DNA of 64,000 bases, from assembly GCA_045127275.1 (NCBI GenBank), contig JBGVPZ010000015.1, positions 28,066 through 92,065 of the forward strand, given 5' to 3'. The notes below the pieces were generated by a model. It did not search any database. It saw only the letters and a list, made by a program, of their open reading frames with translations, and had not been told where the DNA came from. The DNA comes from Alistipes sp. Its GTDB lineage: Bacteria > Bacteroidota > Bacteroidia > Bacteroidales > Rikenellaceae. The position numbers and the translations under genes were made by a program. Positions 17,842 to 27,389 of this stretch are shown piece by piece (within the stretch, counting starts at the first letter, position 1; each line of letters begins with the position of its first letter).

Positions 17842-19206
17842 ATGTATAACGACCACGATACGATCATCGCCCCCGCAACTGCTGTCGGGGGCGCATTGGT
17901 TCTCATCCGCCTCTCGGGAGCCGACGCCATCGCGTTGGCCGACCGCCTCTTCCACGGCAAAAAGCCCCTCACGGAGGCCGCCGGTCACACGGCCCATTTC
18001 GGCACGATCCAAGAGGGTGAACGGGTGGTCGATGAGGTCCTTGCCACCGTGTTCCGAGCCCCCCACTCCTATACGGGCGAGCCTACGGTCGAATTCTCCT
18101 GCCACGGCTCCTCCTACATCCTCTCCGAGGTGTTGCGCCTGGCCCTTGCAGCCGGTGCCCGCATGGCCGAGCCGGGCGAGTTTACCCGTCGTGCCTACCT
18201 CAACGGACGGCTCGACCTGGCCCAAGCTGAGGCCGTAGCCGACCTAATCGCCTCCTCTTCGCGTGCCGCCCACACCCTGGCTACGCGGCAGATGCGTGGC
18301 GGATACTCCTCGGCGCTCGACCACCTGCGCGAGGAGTTGCTGCGGCTGACCGCCTTGATCGAATTGGAACTGGATTTTTCGGAGGAGGATGTCGAATTTG
18401 CCGATCGCGGGGAGCTGCGTCGAACCATGGAGGCTATTGCACAGCGGCTCACACGCCTTTGTGCCTCATTCTCGCTCGGCAATGCCCTGAAGGAGGGTAT
18501 TCCGGTAGCGATTGTCGGTGCCCCAAATGTCGGGAAATCGACCCTCCTGAACCAACTCTTGCAGGAGGATCGCGCCATGGTCTCGGAGATTGCCGGCACG
18601 ACCCGCGATGTGATCGAAGAGCAACTGCTCATCGACGGCGTGCGTTTCCGCCTGCTCGATACGGCCGGTATTCGCACGACAGGCGACCGGTTGGAGCAGA
18701 TGGGCATCGACCGCACGCACCAATCGATCGACCGCGCAGCGATCATCATTCGGCTGATTGATGCCGCGCAATGGCTCACAGAGGGTGTTCCTGCGCCCGA
18801 TTTCACGCTGCGCCAGGATCAGCAACTCGTGACCGTGATCAATAAGATGGATACCCTCTCGGCCACCGATACACCCCCGCTCGCCCAGGGGCTGATTCCC
18901 CTCTCGGCACGCGACGGAGTAGGCATTGATCAACTCAAGGAGCAGTTGCGCAGCCTGATTGCCACCGACCGTCTGGAGCAGGAGGAGGTTGTGGTCTCTT
19001 CGGCCCGCCATTACGAGGCCTTGGGGAAGGCACAGCAGGCCCTGCAAGCGGCCTTGCGCGGCCTCGACGAGGGGCTTCCGACCGATCTATTGAGCGAGGA
19101 GATCCGCGCCGTCATCGACGCCCTCGGCACGATCACCGGCCGTGGCACCATCCTCCCCGACGAGGTCCTCGGCCACCTCTTCAGCCACTTCTGCATCGGC
19201 AAGTAA
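17842..19206 (+). CDS. mnmE: tRNA modification GTPase MnmE/TrmE
   Basis: DTIIAPAT, SYTGE, GAPNVGKS, DTAGIR, NKMD and C-terminal FCIGK. Confidence 0.96.
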   Translation: MYNDHDTIIAPATAVGGALVLIRLSGADAIALADRLFHGKKPLTEAAGHTAHFGTIQEGERVVDEVLATVFRAPHSYTGEPTVEFSCHGSSYILSEVLRLALAAGARMAEPGEFTRRAYLNGRLDLAQAEAVADLIASSSRAAHTLATRQMRGGYSSALDHLREELLRLTALIELELDFSEEDVEFADRGELRRTMEAIAQRLTRLCASFSLGNALKEGIPVAIVGAPNVGKSTLLNQLLQEDRAMVSEIAGTTRDVIEEQLLIDGVRFRLLDTAGIRTTGDRLEQMGIDRTHQSIDRAAIIIRLIDAAQWLTEGVPAPDFTLRQDQQLVTVINKMDTLSATDTPPLAQGLIPLSARDGVGIDQLKEQLRSLIATDRLEQEEVVVSSARHYEALGKAQQALQAALRGLDEGLPTDLLSEEIRAVIDALGTITGRGTILPDEVLGHLFSHFCIGK

Positions 19207-19269
19207 ACCTTCGTAGTACGGTGGTTATCCATTGTATGCAAATTTACTAATAACAAATTCACGCACAAA

Positions 19270-19300
19270 TTTGGAAAATTCGTGGGGGGGGGTAAATTTG
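19270..19300 (+). promoter_or_regulatory. Bacteroidota sigma70 promoter with a G9 tract in the spacer
   Basis: TTTG (19270-73), 19-nt spacer ending in G9 (19284-92), TAAATTTG (19293-300). Confidence 0.7.
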
Positions 19301-19326
19301 TAGCAGAAATCTAAAACGTAACGATT

Positions 19327-20517
19327 ATGAATATCAAAAGTTATCTTATCGTAGCAACGGTTTTGTTGGCTGCTGCTTGTGCCAACTCCACGGCAAAGAA
19401 CGAACATACAGCGGAGAAACAGCCTATACCAGCGGGTGCAGTCGAGATGCAGTATAACAAACACCTCTACTTTCAGGTGATGCTCCGTGACTCCATTCCT
19501 GCACGAATGATTTTCGACACAGGAAGTAGCAACCTACTTATAGACTCTACTTTCTATGCATCGACCTTTGGTAAGGGTAAGAATCTGCGTAGGGCTATGT
19601 TAGGCGGTGCGGGTGATGGTCACGAGTTGACAACACTTGATGCGAGTGGTTGGAGTTATAGAGTAGGTGAGGAGTCGCATACAGAGCCGATGGCTATCGT
19701 TATGAACCTTCGCAAGATTCTTGGCGATGGTGTAGATGGTCTCTTTGGCACACCATTTATGCAGGGAAAGCGTGTGGAGTTTAACTACGCTGGTGGATAT
19801 ATGCGTTTTCTTGCGGAGGACGAGAAGATTGGCGAGGATTTCACCGCCATACAGTGCAAGAAACTTGATAATATAGAGCGCATCATCATTCCGCTTTCCG
19901 TTATTTTCAGCGATGGATATACGCTCGATGGCAACTTCCTGATGGATACAGGTATGCCTGATGAGTTGTCACTCAATAGTGCTACGGCGAATCGTCTGAA
20001 AGCCGAAGGACACCTTACCGATGCCCGTCGCATGAGATATGAGGTGGGTGGCATTGGCGGCTCACGCGTGGATAACTATCTCAACACCAAGCAAATCAGC
20101 ATAGGCGGTAAGTCGATAAACGACATTCGCATCACCTACTCCGAAAATGAGCAGGGATCCTTGGCAGATAGTCGCTATGATGGTCTGGTAGGCAATGCAC
20201 TCTTTGCTCGATTCGATGTGATTATCGATTTCGTGAATTGGGTTATCTACCTCCGTCCAAACAAGAATTTCGACAAGCCACAGCCCAATAATTTCGGTAT
20301 AGGTTTCACACCAAACGGCGACCATTGGACGGTAAATGCGCTGTTGGAGGGTGGCAATGCCGAGCGTGCAGGTCTGCGCCAAGGCGACCGCATAGAGGCG
20401 ATAAACGGCATCAAAGCAACTGATGATCAGTCGAGTCTATACCCGCTGCCAGATCAATTGACATTGAGTGTTCAGCGTGATAATACGCTTGTTGAGATCG
20501 TGGTTAACAAGGAATAG
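19327..20517 (+). CDS. Lipoprotein with two retropepsin-like aspartyl protease domains and a C-terminal PDZ domain
   Basis: Lipobox LAAAC; IFDTG and LMDTG catalytic motifs, DGLFG/DGLVG; AERAGLRQGDRIEAING PDZ. Confidence 0.85.
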   Translation: MNIKSYLIVATVLLAAACANSTAKNEHTAEKQPIPAGAVEMQYNKHLYFQVMLRDSIPARMIFDTGSSNLLIDSTFYASTFGKGKNLRRAMLGGAGDGHELTTLDASGWSYRVGEESHTEPMAIVMNLRKILGDGVDGLFGTPFMQGKRVEFNYAGGYMRFLAEDEKIGEDFTAIQCKKLDNIERIIIPLSVIFSDGYTLDGNFLMDTGMPDELSLNSATANRLKAEGHLTDARRMRYEVGGIGGSRVDNYLNTKQISIGGKSINDIRITYSENEQGSLADSRYDGLVGNALFARFDVIIDFVNWVIYLRPNKNFDKPQPNNFGIGFTPNGDHWTVNALLEGGNAERAGLRQGDRIEAINGIKATDDQSSLYPLPDQLTLSVQRDNTLVEIVVNKE

Positions 20518-20558
20518 CGTGGCTGCGAATTGCCTGATTTAGCACTATTCCGAAGATT

Positions 20559-20602
20559 GCCCCGGATGGGACATACTTTAGGTATTTCCCATTCGGGGCA
20601 AG
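20559..20602. terminator. Hairpin between convergent genes
   Basis: ttgccccggatggg...cccattcggggcaa. Confidence 0.5.
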
Positions 20603-20638
20603 CAAGGAAGGACAAAATATGCCCTATAAAATCGAAAA

Positions 20639-21520
20639 TTAGCGGGTGAAGCGATAATACGTCCCCAACGGCAACTCCTTTCCGGCTCGATCGGTGAAGG
20701 TCAGCTCCCCGTATTGCTCGGTTTGGGGGATTCCAAAGGCTTGACGCACTGCGGTACGTGCCAAGGTCGAGGATAGACCCATGGAGTAGAGATTCAAGAC
20801 CAAGAAGCTCGCTTGGGGCTCCAAAAGCTCGGCACAGCAGGCCAGCATCTGCCCGATATGCTCCTCGAGAATCCATTTCTCGCCATTAGCACCGCGTCCA
20901 TAGGCGGGAGGATCGAGGATAATACCATCGTAGCGGTTACCACGACGCACCTCACGTTGTACAAATTTCAAGGCATCTTCGACCATCCAACGCACTCCGT
21001 CCAAGCCGCTATGCTCCATGTTTTCACGTGCCCATGAGACCACCTGCTTGACCGAATCGACATGCGTCACCGTTGCCCCCGCAGCACGAGCAGCCAACGT
21101 AGCTCCGCCCGTATAGGCAAACAGATTCAGCACACGCGCAGGTCGCATCTTGCCAATTTTCAGGCAATTATCATAGATAAAATTCCAATTGGCAGCCTGC
21201 TCGGGAAATATTCCCACGTGTTTGAATGAGGTGAGTGCCAGGCGCATCGTCAGGTGCATATCGGCATAGCCATACTGCACCGTCCAGCGATCGGGCATCT
21301 TCGCCTTGAGTTGCCACTCCCCGCGCTCCTCACTCCGTGCATCGCGCAGAAACGAGGCATCGGCCAATCGCCGCCACTCCTCCTCGGTGAGGCTCTTGCG
21401 CCAGATGGCCTGCGGCTCGGGGCGACGTGTCACGAAACGGCCAAAGCGTTCCAGCTTCTCAAAATCGCCGGTATCAATCAATTCATAGTCCCGAAAATCG
21501 GGGGTCAGTTGCTCTTGCAT
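20639..21520 (-). CDS. SAM-dependent methyltransferase (RlmI/RlmK-like, COG1092)
   Basis: VLNLFAYTGGAT, HVDS, IILDPPAYGRG. Confidence 0.88.
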   Translation of the reverse strand: MQEQLTPDFRDYELIDTGDFEKLERFGRFVTRRPEPQAIWRKSLTEEEWRRLADASFLRDARSEERGEWQLKAKMPDRWTVQYGYADMHLTMRLALTSFKHVGIFPEQAANWNFIYDNCLKIGKMRPARVLNLFAYTGGATLAARAAGATVTHVDSVKQVVSWARENMEHSGLDGVRWMVEDALKFVQREVRRGNRYDGIILDPPAYGRGANGEKWILEEHIGQMLACCAELLEPQASFLVLNLYSMGLSSTLARTAVRQAFGIPQTEQYGELTFTDRAGKELPLGTYYRFTR

Positions 21521-21526
21521 ACAGAT

Positions 21527-23335
21527 TTATTTGGTTGCGTCTATCAAAGACATTTCACAACGTTTACAATCGAACTCCAGGCGGTAGCGATGCGGCCCGG
21601 ACTCCAAATACAGCTCTCCCTTGATGCGTGGATTTTGCTTCAGACACTGCCCGATCTCCCGACGCAGGCAATAGGCCGACCGCATCACACAAGCCCCAAA
21701 GGTGGTCGGAGCCAACTCCAACGGCTCGACAATGCGCTCCACGCCATGATCGCGGTAGAAGGCGGCCGCCTTCGTATTGGTCACGCTCTCCTCGGCCGTG
21801 ACCGTAGTCGAAAGGTAAGACAGTCCCACCTCCTCAGCGGCCGGATGCCCTTTGGGATGCTCTTGCAACAAGGCCTGCTCCAGCCGTTGAAGCCCCTCGC
21901 GGCGCAGATCGGCCACGAGCGATGCCGGCAGGAACCAGGCAGCCCCCTCGACCTCGATCTGCTCCATGCGGAAGATCGTATCGCCCGAACGCATCAGCTG
22001 ACGACGTATGGCCTCCTCATTGCGCATCGGATTTTGGGCCACATCAAAGGATTGGCAATGCTCAACCACGACCGAAACGCCCAGCTCGGCAGTCAGGGTC
22101 AAGCGCACGCTCGCCTCCGAGGCGACGAGTTGAGCCTTCACGGACAACGTGCGACGCATACGGCTGGCAGCAAGCTGTTTATGGAATTGGTGGTCGTAGT
22201 TGCGATAGAGCGGCGTTCCGGGAGCCACACGCACCGGATGGTTCGGTCGTACCCAATCGCCCTCCACGGCATTGATATTGGTACCGATCAGCCCCTCGGG
22301 GGTGATCAGGCAGATGCCGTCACCGGCCACGAGCGGGGCTTTGCTCTGCACCCGATAGCCACGCGAGGTCGCTTGCACCACTTCGCCCAATCGCTCACCC
22401 ACGGCTTTGGGGGTATCGAACGAGGCTACGCCCGCCTTCAAACCATCGAAAAACCAGGTCGATTCGCCACGCGTAAAGCTCTTCGAGGGGTTAGGGACAA
22501 AATCGGGAATGCTCTCTCCGAACGACGCGCGCACCAGGTGAGGACGTGCGGCCAACTCCCGATCCAACACGCGGCGGTAATAGCTCACCACATTGCGGAT
22601 ATAGCCCACATCCTTCAAGCGGCCCTCGATCTTAAACGACGTAACGCCGGCATCGAGCAGCTCGCCCAGGCGTTGCGAAAGGTTCAGATCGCGCACCGAA
22701 AGCAGATGTTTGTCGGCTAAATAGACCTTACCGCGTCCATCGGTCAGATTCCACCGTTGGCGACACGGCTGGCTGCATGCGCCGCGATTGCCACTGCGCG
22801 AGGAGAGCGAACGCGACAGGTAGCAGCGACCGCTATAGCCCACACAGATGGCCCCATGCACGAAGCACTCCACCTCGGCCTCCGTGGCGGCACAAATCGC
22901 TCGAATCTGCTCGAGCGAGAGGGCCCGTTCGAGAATCACCCGACGGAAACCGGCACGCCCCAAAAAGGCGGCCATCTCGGGCGTTCGGATCTGCACCTGG
23001 GTCGAGGCGTGCAACTCACACGCGAGCCCCATGCGCTGAAAGGCCATATCCTGCACGATCAGGGCATCGACACCGGCCGCCAGCAGAGCCCGTGCATCGC
23101 CCTCGGCCTCGGAGAGCTCCTCCTCCCAGAGCAGGGTGTTGAGCGTGGCATAGACCCGCACACCAAACCGATGCGCATAGGCCACCACCCGCTCGATCTC
23201 TTCGAGTGAGTTGGTAGCTCCCTGCCGTGCTCCGAAGCGGGCTCCGCCCATGTAGATGGCGTCGGCGCCTGCATCGACGGCCACAGTAGCCGAAAGATAG
23301 TCCTTGGCCGGAGCCAAGAGTTCGATGCGTTTCAT
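21527..23335 (-). CDS. Peptidase U32 family protein with DUF3656 (RlhA-like rRNA hydroxylation)
   Basis: IELLAPA, GADAIYMG, HASTQ, FVHGAICVGYSGRC, NRGACSQPCR, KIEGR; ATG at 23335. Confidence 0.88.
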   Translation of the reverse strand: MKRIELLAPAKDYLSATVAVDAGADAIYMGGARFGARQGATNSLEEIERVVAYAHRFGVRVYATLNTLLWEEELSEAEGDARALLAAGVDALIVQDMAFQRMGLACELHASTQVQIRTPEMAAFLGRAGFRRVILERALSLEQIRAICAATEAEVECFVHGAICVGYSGRCYLSRSLSSRSGNRGACSQPCRQRWNLTDGRGKVYLADKHLLSVRDLNLSQRLGELLDAGVTSFKIEGRLKDVGYIRNVVSYYRRVLDRELAARPHLVRASFGESIPDFVPNPSKSFTRGESTWFFDGLKAGVASFDTPKAVGERLGEVVQATSRGYRVQSKAPLVAGDGICLITPEGLIGTNINAVEGDWVRPNHPVRVAPGTPLYRNYDHQFHKQLAASRMRRTLSVKAQLVASEASVRLTLTAELGVSVVVEHCQSFDVAQNPMRNEEAIRRQLMRSGDTIFRMEQIEVEGAAWFLPASLVADLRREGLQRLEQALLQEHPKGHPAAEEVGLSYLSTTVTAEESVTNTKAAAFYRDHGVERIVEPLELAPTTFGACVMRSAYCLRREIGQCLKQNPRIKGELYLESGPHRYRLEFDCKRCEMSLIDATK

Positions 23336-23437
23336 GACTTTGGTGCGATAATTTTTCACAAAAATAATCATTTTTGCGAATTGTTTTGTAATTTTGTGGT
23401 TTGTAAACCGAAAACCGAACAAAAACAACAGATAAAG

Positions 23438-24709
23438 ATGCTTACAATCAAGCAAATCCGCGATGACAAAGAGTTGGCCGCCAAGAAATTGGCCAAGAAA
23501 GGGGTCGATGCAGTCCCCGTCATCGAGAAGATCATCACGCTCGACGATCGTCGTCGTGCCATTCAGGTTGAGTTAGACAACACGCTCGCTGCCCAGAACA
23601 AGGCTGCCAAGGAGATCGGCATGCTGATGGGTCAGGGTCGCCGCGAGGAGGCCGAGGAGCGCAAACGCTTCGTGGGCGATCTGAAGCAGAAGTCGAACGA
23701 GCTGCAAATGGAGTCGAAATGTGTACAGGAGGAGCTCAATGCTACGATCGTATCGTTGCCGAACTTCCCCGCCGACATCGTACCCGAGGGTCGCACGGCC
23801 GAGGACAACGTCGTCGTAAAGATCGACGAGAACTACTCGACGCTGCCCGAGAATCCGCTGCCGCACTGGGAGCTGGCTGCCAAATACGACATCATCGACT
23901 TCGACCTGGGCGTTAAGCTCACCGGTGCCGGTTTCCCGGTCTACAAAGGCAAGGGTGCCCGTCTGCAGCGCGCGCTGATCAACTACTTCCTCGACTGCAA
24001 CACGGCAGCCGGCTATCAGGAGGTAGAGCCCCCCGTATTGGTCAATGAGGCTTCGGGCTTCGGCACGGGTCAGCTGCCCGACAAGGAGGGTCAGATGTAC
24101 CACGCGACGCTCGATAACTTCTACCTCGTACCGACGGCTGAGGTGCCCGTGACAAACATCTTCCGCGATGTGATTCTCGAGGGTGCCGAGTTGCCCGTCA
24201 AGATGACGGCCTACACGCCCTGCTTCCGCCGCGAGGCCGGATCGTACGGTAAGGATGTGCGCGGTCTGAACCGTCTGCACCAGTTCGACAAGGTGGAGAT
24301 CGTCCAGGTGGCCCACCCCGACCACTCGTATGAGGCTCTGGACGGCATGGTGGCACACGTCGAGTCGATCGTCAAATCGCTCGGTCTGCCCTACCGCATC
24401 CTGCGTCTGTGTGGTGGCGACATGTCGTTCACTTCGGCCTTGACCTACGATTTCGAGGTCTATTCGGAGGCTCAAAAGCGCTGGTTGGAGGTTTCGTCGG
24501 TTTCGAACTTCGAGTCGTTCCAGGCCAACCGTCTCAAATTGCGCTACCGTGATGCCGACAAAAAGACACAATTGGCACACACCTTGAATGGTTCGTCGTT
24601 GGCACTGCCCCGCATCGTGGCTGCCCTGCTGGAGAACAACCAGACCGAGGAGGGAATTCGCATCCCCGAGGTGTTAATTCCTTACACAGGATTTGATATT
24701 ATCAAATAA
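23438..24709 (+). CDS. serS: Serine--tRNA ligase
   Basis: PTAEVP, FRREAGS, RLHQFDKVE, EVSSVSN, HTLNGS; ATG at 23438. Confidence 0.97.
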   Translation: MLTIKQIRDDKELAAKKLAKKGVDAVPVIEKIITLDDRRRAIQVELDNTLAAQNKAAKEIGMLMGQGRREEAEERKRFVGDLKQKSNELQMESKCVQEELNATIVSLPNFPADIVPEGRTAEDNVVVKIDENYSTLPENPLPHWELAAKYDIIDFDLGVKLTGAGFPVYKGKGARLQRALINYFLDCNTAAGYQEVEPPVLVNEASGFGTGQLPDKEGQMYHATLDNFYLVPTAEVPVTNIFRDVILEGAELPVKMTAYTPCFRREAGSYGKDVRGLNRLHQFDKVEIVQVAHPDHSYEALDGMVAHVESIVKSLGLPYRILRLCGGDMSFTSALTYDFEVYSEAQKRWLEVSSVSNFESFQANRLKLRYRDADKKTQLAHTLNGSSLALPRIVAALLENNQTEEGIRIPEVLIPYTGFDIIK

Positions 24710-24764
24710 AAGCGTATATTTGCATACACAAACACACAAACAATTCACTTAAAAACTGAAAACT

Positions 24765-24935
24765 ATGGCTTACAAAATTACCGACTCGTGCGTTGCTTGC
24801 GGTACCTGTATTGGCGAGTGCCCCGTAGAGGCTATCTCGGCAGGCGACATTTATGTAATCGACCCCGATAAGTGCATGGACTGCGGTACCTGCGCAGGCG
24901 TTTGCCCCACGGAGGCTATCGTCCCGGGCGAGTAA
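24765..24935 (+). CDS. 2[4Fe-4S] ferredoxin, 56 aa (below the ORF-track cutoff)
   Basis: MAYKITDSCVACGTCIGECPVEAI...CMDCGTCAGVCPTEAIVPGE with two CxxCxxCxxxCP motifs; -7 TATATTTG at 24715. Confidence 0.95.
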   Translation: MAYKITDSCVACGTCIGECPVEAISAGDIYVIDPDKCMDCGTCAGVCPTEAIVPGE

Positions 24936-24955
24936 GTATAATCGCTACACGCAAC

Positions 24956-24992
24956 AAGCGAGGCTGTTCCCAAAAGGAGCAGCCTCGCTTTT
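24956..24992 (+). terminator. Intrinsic terminator after the ferredoxin gene
   Basis: aagcgaggctgttcc-caaaa-ggagcagcctcgctttt. Confidence 0.8.
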
Positions 24993-25106
24993 GTTATATG
25001 TCTTTTAAGTGCAAGCAAGCAACAAGCTGATTTTCAAAAATTAAAATAGGTATATTTCATATACCTATCTCAACAAACCCCATAAAATAATTACAAATTT
25101 AGTTGC

Positions 25107-25133
25107 ATAACTAATTTTTTAGTTATACATTTG
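25107..25133 (+). promoter_or_regulatory. Putative BlaI-family operator palindrome abutting the -7 promoter element
   Basis: ATAACTAA-tttt-TTAGTTAT (25107-26), then TACATTTG (25126-33). Confidence 0.65.
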
Positions 25134-25164
25134 CCATACAATCACACAACAAACCTGTTTGCAC

Positions 25165-25551
25165 ATGGAAGCAAAACACACAAACCGTCCACAAGAGCTG
25201 ACGCGGGCCGAATTGGAGATCATGCAACTATTTTGGCAAATCGAACGTGGCGTTATCCACGATCTGATGGAGTGCATGGAGGAGCCAAAACCCGCCTACA
25301 ACACCGTATCGACCATTGTCCGCATCCTCGAAAAGAAGGGATTCGTGGGGCACAAAGCCTATGGCAAGACCTACGAATACTACCCGCTGGTGAGCAAAGA
25401 GGAGTACACGAATCGGTATATGCAGGGTGTACTGCACAACTTCTTCGACGGGTCGGTCAGTCGGTTGGTCTCGTTCTTCTCAGCCCATCAATCCATCTCA
25501 ACCAAAGAGGTGGACGAGATCATGCACCTGCTGAATAACCACAAGCAATAA
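25165..25551 (+). CDS. BlaI/MecI/CopY family transcriptional repressor
   Basis: LTRAELEIMQLFW, AYNTVSTIVRILEKKGFV, FFDGSVSRLV. Confidence 0.93.
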   Translation: MEAKHTNRPQELTRAELEIMQLFWQIERGVIHDLMECMEEPKPAYNTVSTIVRILEKKGFVGHKAYGKTYEYYPLVSKEEYTNRYMQGVLHNFFDGSVSRLVSFFSAHQSISTKEVDEIMHLLNNHKQ

Positions 25552-25562
25552 CACATCCGGCC

Positions 25563-27287
25563 ATGAAGAGCTTCATCGCCTATTCGACCGAGATGCTCGT
25601 TTGCAGCGGGCTTTTCCTCCTCTTTTATCGGCTATTGTTCGCAAAACGTGTGCATGAGACGCTTTGCCGATATTATTTGGTAGGAGCCATGGTGCTGGCA
25701 ACGCTTATTCCCTGCCTGCAACTACCACTCTATCCGGCCGAGACAATCCACGAACTGCCGGCCATAGTGGAGGTCGAGTCCGTCAAATGGACCGAAGCTA
25801 CCCCACCGCAGGAGGCTCTCCGACCATCTACGCCCTCTTTTGCGTGGAGCTGGTTTTCGGGATGCCTTTACGGGGCGGTATCTTTGGTCGCTTTGGGGTT
25901 GATGCTATGGCGTATCCACACCATTTTCCGCCTGCGACGCAAGGCCGTACTGACACATACGGCAACATACACCCTTGCCGAAAGCGAGGCCGTCAAAGCC
26001 CCCTTCTCCTTTTGGCGCACGATCTATATAGGCAACTACTATACCCCACTCGAACGCATGCTGATCATCAGCCATGAGCGTGCACACATTCGCCGTCGCC
26101 ATACGCTCGATCGACTGCTCTTGGAGGGGTTGCACATCCTCTTTTGGTTCAACCCTTTTTTCTGGTTGGCCGAGCGATGGCTGATCGAAGTGCAGGAGTG
26201 GCAAGCCGATCGGGACACACTCAATGAGGGATATGATGTCAGAACCTATCAAATAACCATATTCAAACAACTCTTTGGTTATAATCCGGATATAACCTGC
26301 GGGTTGAGTAATTCATTCACAAAAAACCGCTTTATTATGATGACCCAACAACGACACGGACGACATCCGCTGCTGCGTATCGTCGCAGCCATTCCCCTCG
26401 TAGCCGGTATGATTTTGGCCTTCGGTGCCACGACCGCCAAACCTACCCTCGATGAGCAACCGACATCGCCGCTACACATGACCCCCGAAACCAAACTTGT
26501 CATGAACGGCAAGGAGTACACCCCGCAACAATTGCGCGAATTAAACACCGCCAAATTACACCTACAACCCGGCAAGATTCTCTTCAATGGGCGCGAGGTC
26601 TCCCCGGAGGAGTTAGTCAAAGCGATTGCCACCTATCGGGCAGGATTGGACGACCCGAGCAAGGCTACCATCCGCATCTCGGCCGATGACAACACCCCCG
26701 TAGGGCTGTTACAAGATTGCAAAGTGTTGATACGCGAAGCGGGCGTACTGCGCCTGCAATACGAAGGGGGCATGGGAATTGGTGCTCAACTGCTACCCCC
26801 ACCCCAATCGACAGAATCCGGCAGGGTATCCCTCAAGGAGCCTACTCACCAACACGTCGCTGTGCGCAACCTGTATCTGATTCGCATGAACCGAAACGGG
26901 ATGTTGCTCTGTGGCAGTCGTGGCAGCGAGCAGCAGATACCGCACTTTGAAGCAGTGGCCAACGCGGTCAAGCAGTTCATCGCCAACCCCGAAAATCGCG
27001 CGGATCTCTCCGAACAGCAGGAGCAGACCTTCACCCTTGCGGACGGTCGCACCTTCACGCTACCCGTCAGCAAAGGCATGATCTCCATCGAGATCTCGCG
27101 GGAGAGCTCGGCAACACACTACTTCACCCTTATGCGCTCCATTTCGCGCGCCTATGCGGAGTTGCGCAACGAGGCGGCACACCAACTTTTCGATCGTCCG
27201 ATGCACACTCTGCCCCAAGAGGAGCAGCAATTACTTCACCGAGCCATCCCCATTCGTTTCGGTGAACAGATGGTCCAAGTGCGATAG
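25563..27287 (+). CDS. M56 (BlaR1-like) metallopeptidase with ExbD-like C-terminal domains
   Basis: HERAH zinc motif, WFNPFFW, EWQAD, KNRFIMM; C-terminus resembles ExbD periplasmic domains. Confidence 0.85.
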   Translation: MKSFIAYSTEMLVCSGLFLLFYRLLFAKRVHETLCRYYLVGAMVLATLIPCLQLPLYPAETIHELPAIVEVESVKWTEATPPQEALRPSTPSFAWSWFSGCLYGAVSLVALGLMLWRIHTIFRLRRKAVLTHTATYTLAESEAVKAPFSFWRTIYIGNYYTPLERMLIISHERAHIRRRHTLDRLLLEGLHILFWFNPFFWLAERWLIEVQEWQADRDTLNEGYDVRTYQITIFKQLFGYNPDITCGLSNSFTKNRFIMMTQQRHGRHPLLRIVAAIPLVAGMILAFGATTAKPTLDEQPTSPLHMTPETKLVMNGKEYTPQQLRELNTAKLHLQPGKILFNGREVSPEELVKAIATYRAGLDDPSKATIRISADDNTPVGLLQDCKVLIREAGVLRLQYEGGMGIGAQLLPPPQSTESGRVSLKEPTHQHVAVRNLYLIRMNRNGMLLCGSRGSEQQIPHFEAVANAVKQFIANPENRADLSEQQEQTFTLADGRTFTLPVSKGMISIEISRESSATHYFTLMRSISRAYAELRNEAAHQLFDRPMHTLPQEEQQLLHRAIPIRFGEQMVQVR

Positions 27288-27308
27288 TGCTACGCCTCTA
27301 CATACGAT

Positions 27309-27346
27309 AAGGGGTTGTCTCAACCATGTTTGTTGGACAACCCCTT
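27309..27346. repeat. REP-like hairpin/bidirectional terminator
   Basis: aaggggttgtctcaac...gttggacaacccctt; near-identical inverted copy at 53110-53146. Confidence 0.8.
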
Positions 27347-27389
27347 GTGGTTTGATATTAGATCAAAATGCGTGAAAGACCGCTCCCTT

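Noticed and set aside
20518-20638. att duplication of the mnmE 3' end closing the protease islet
   Set aside because: No copy of ttctgcatcggcaagtaa found
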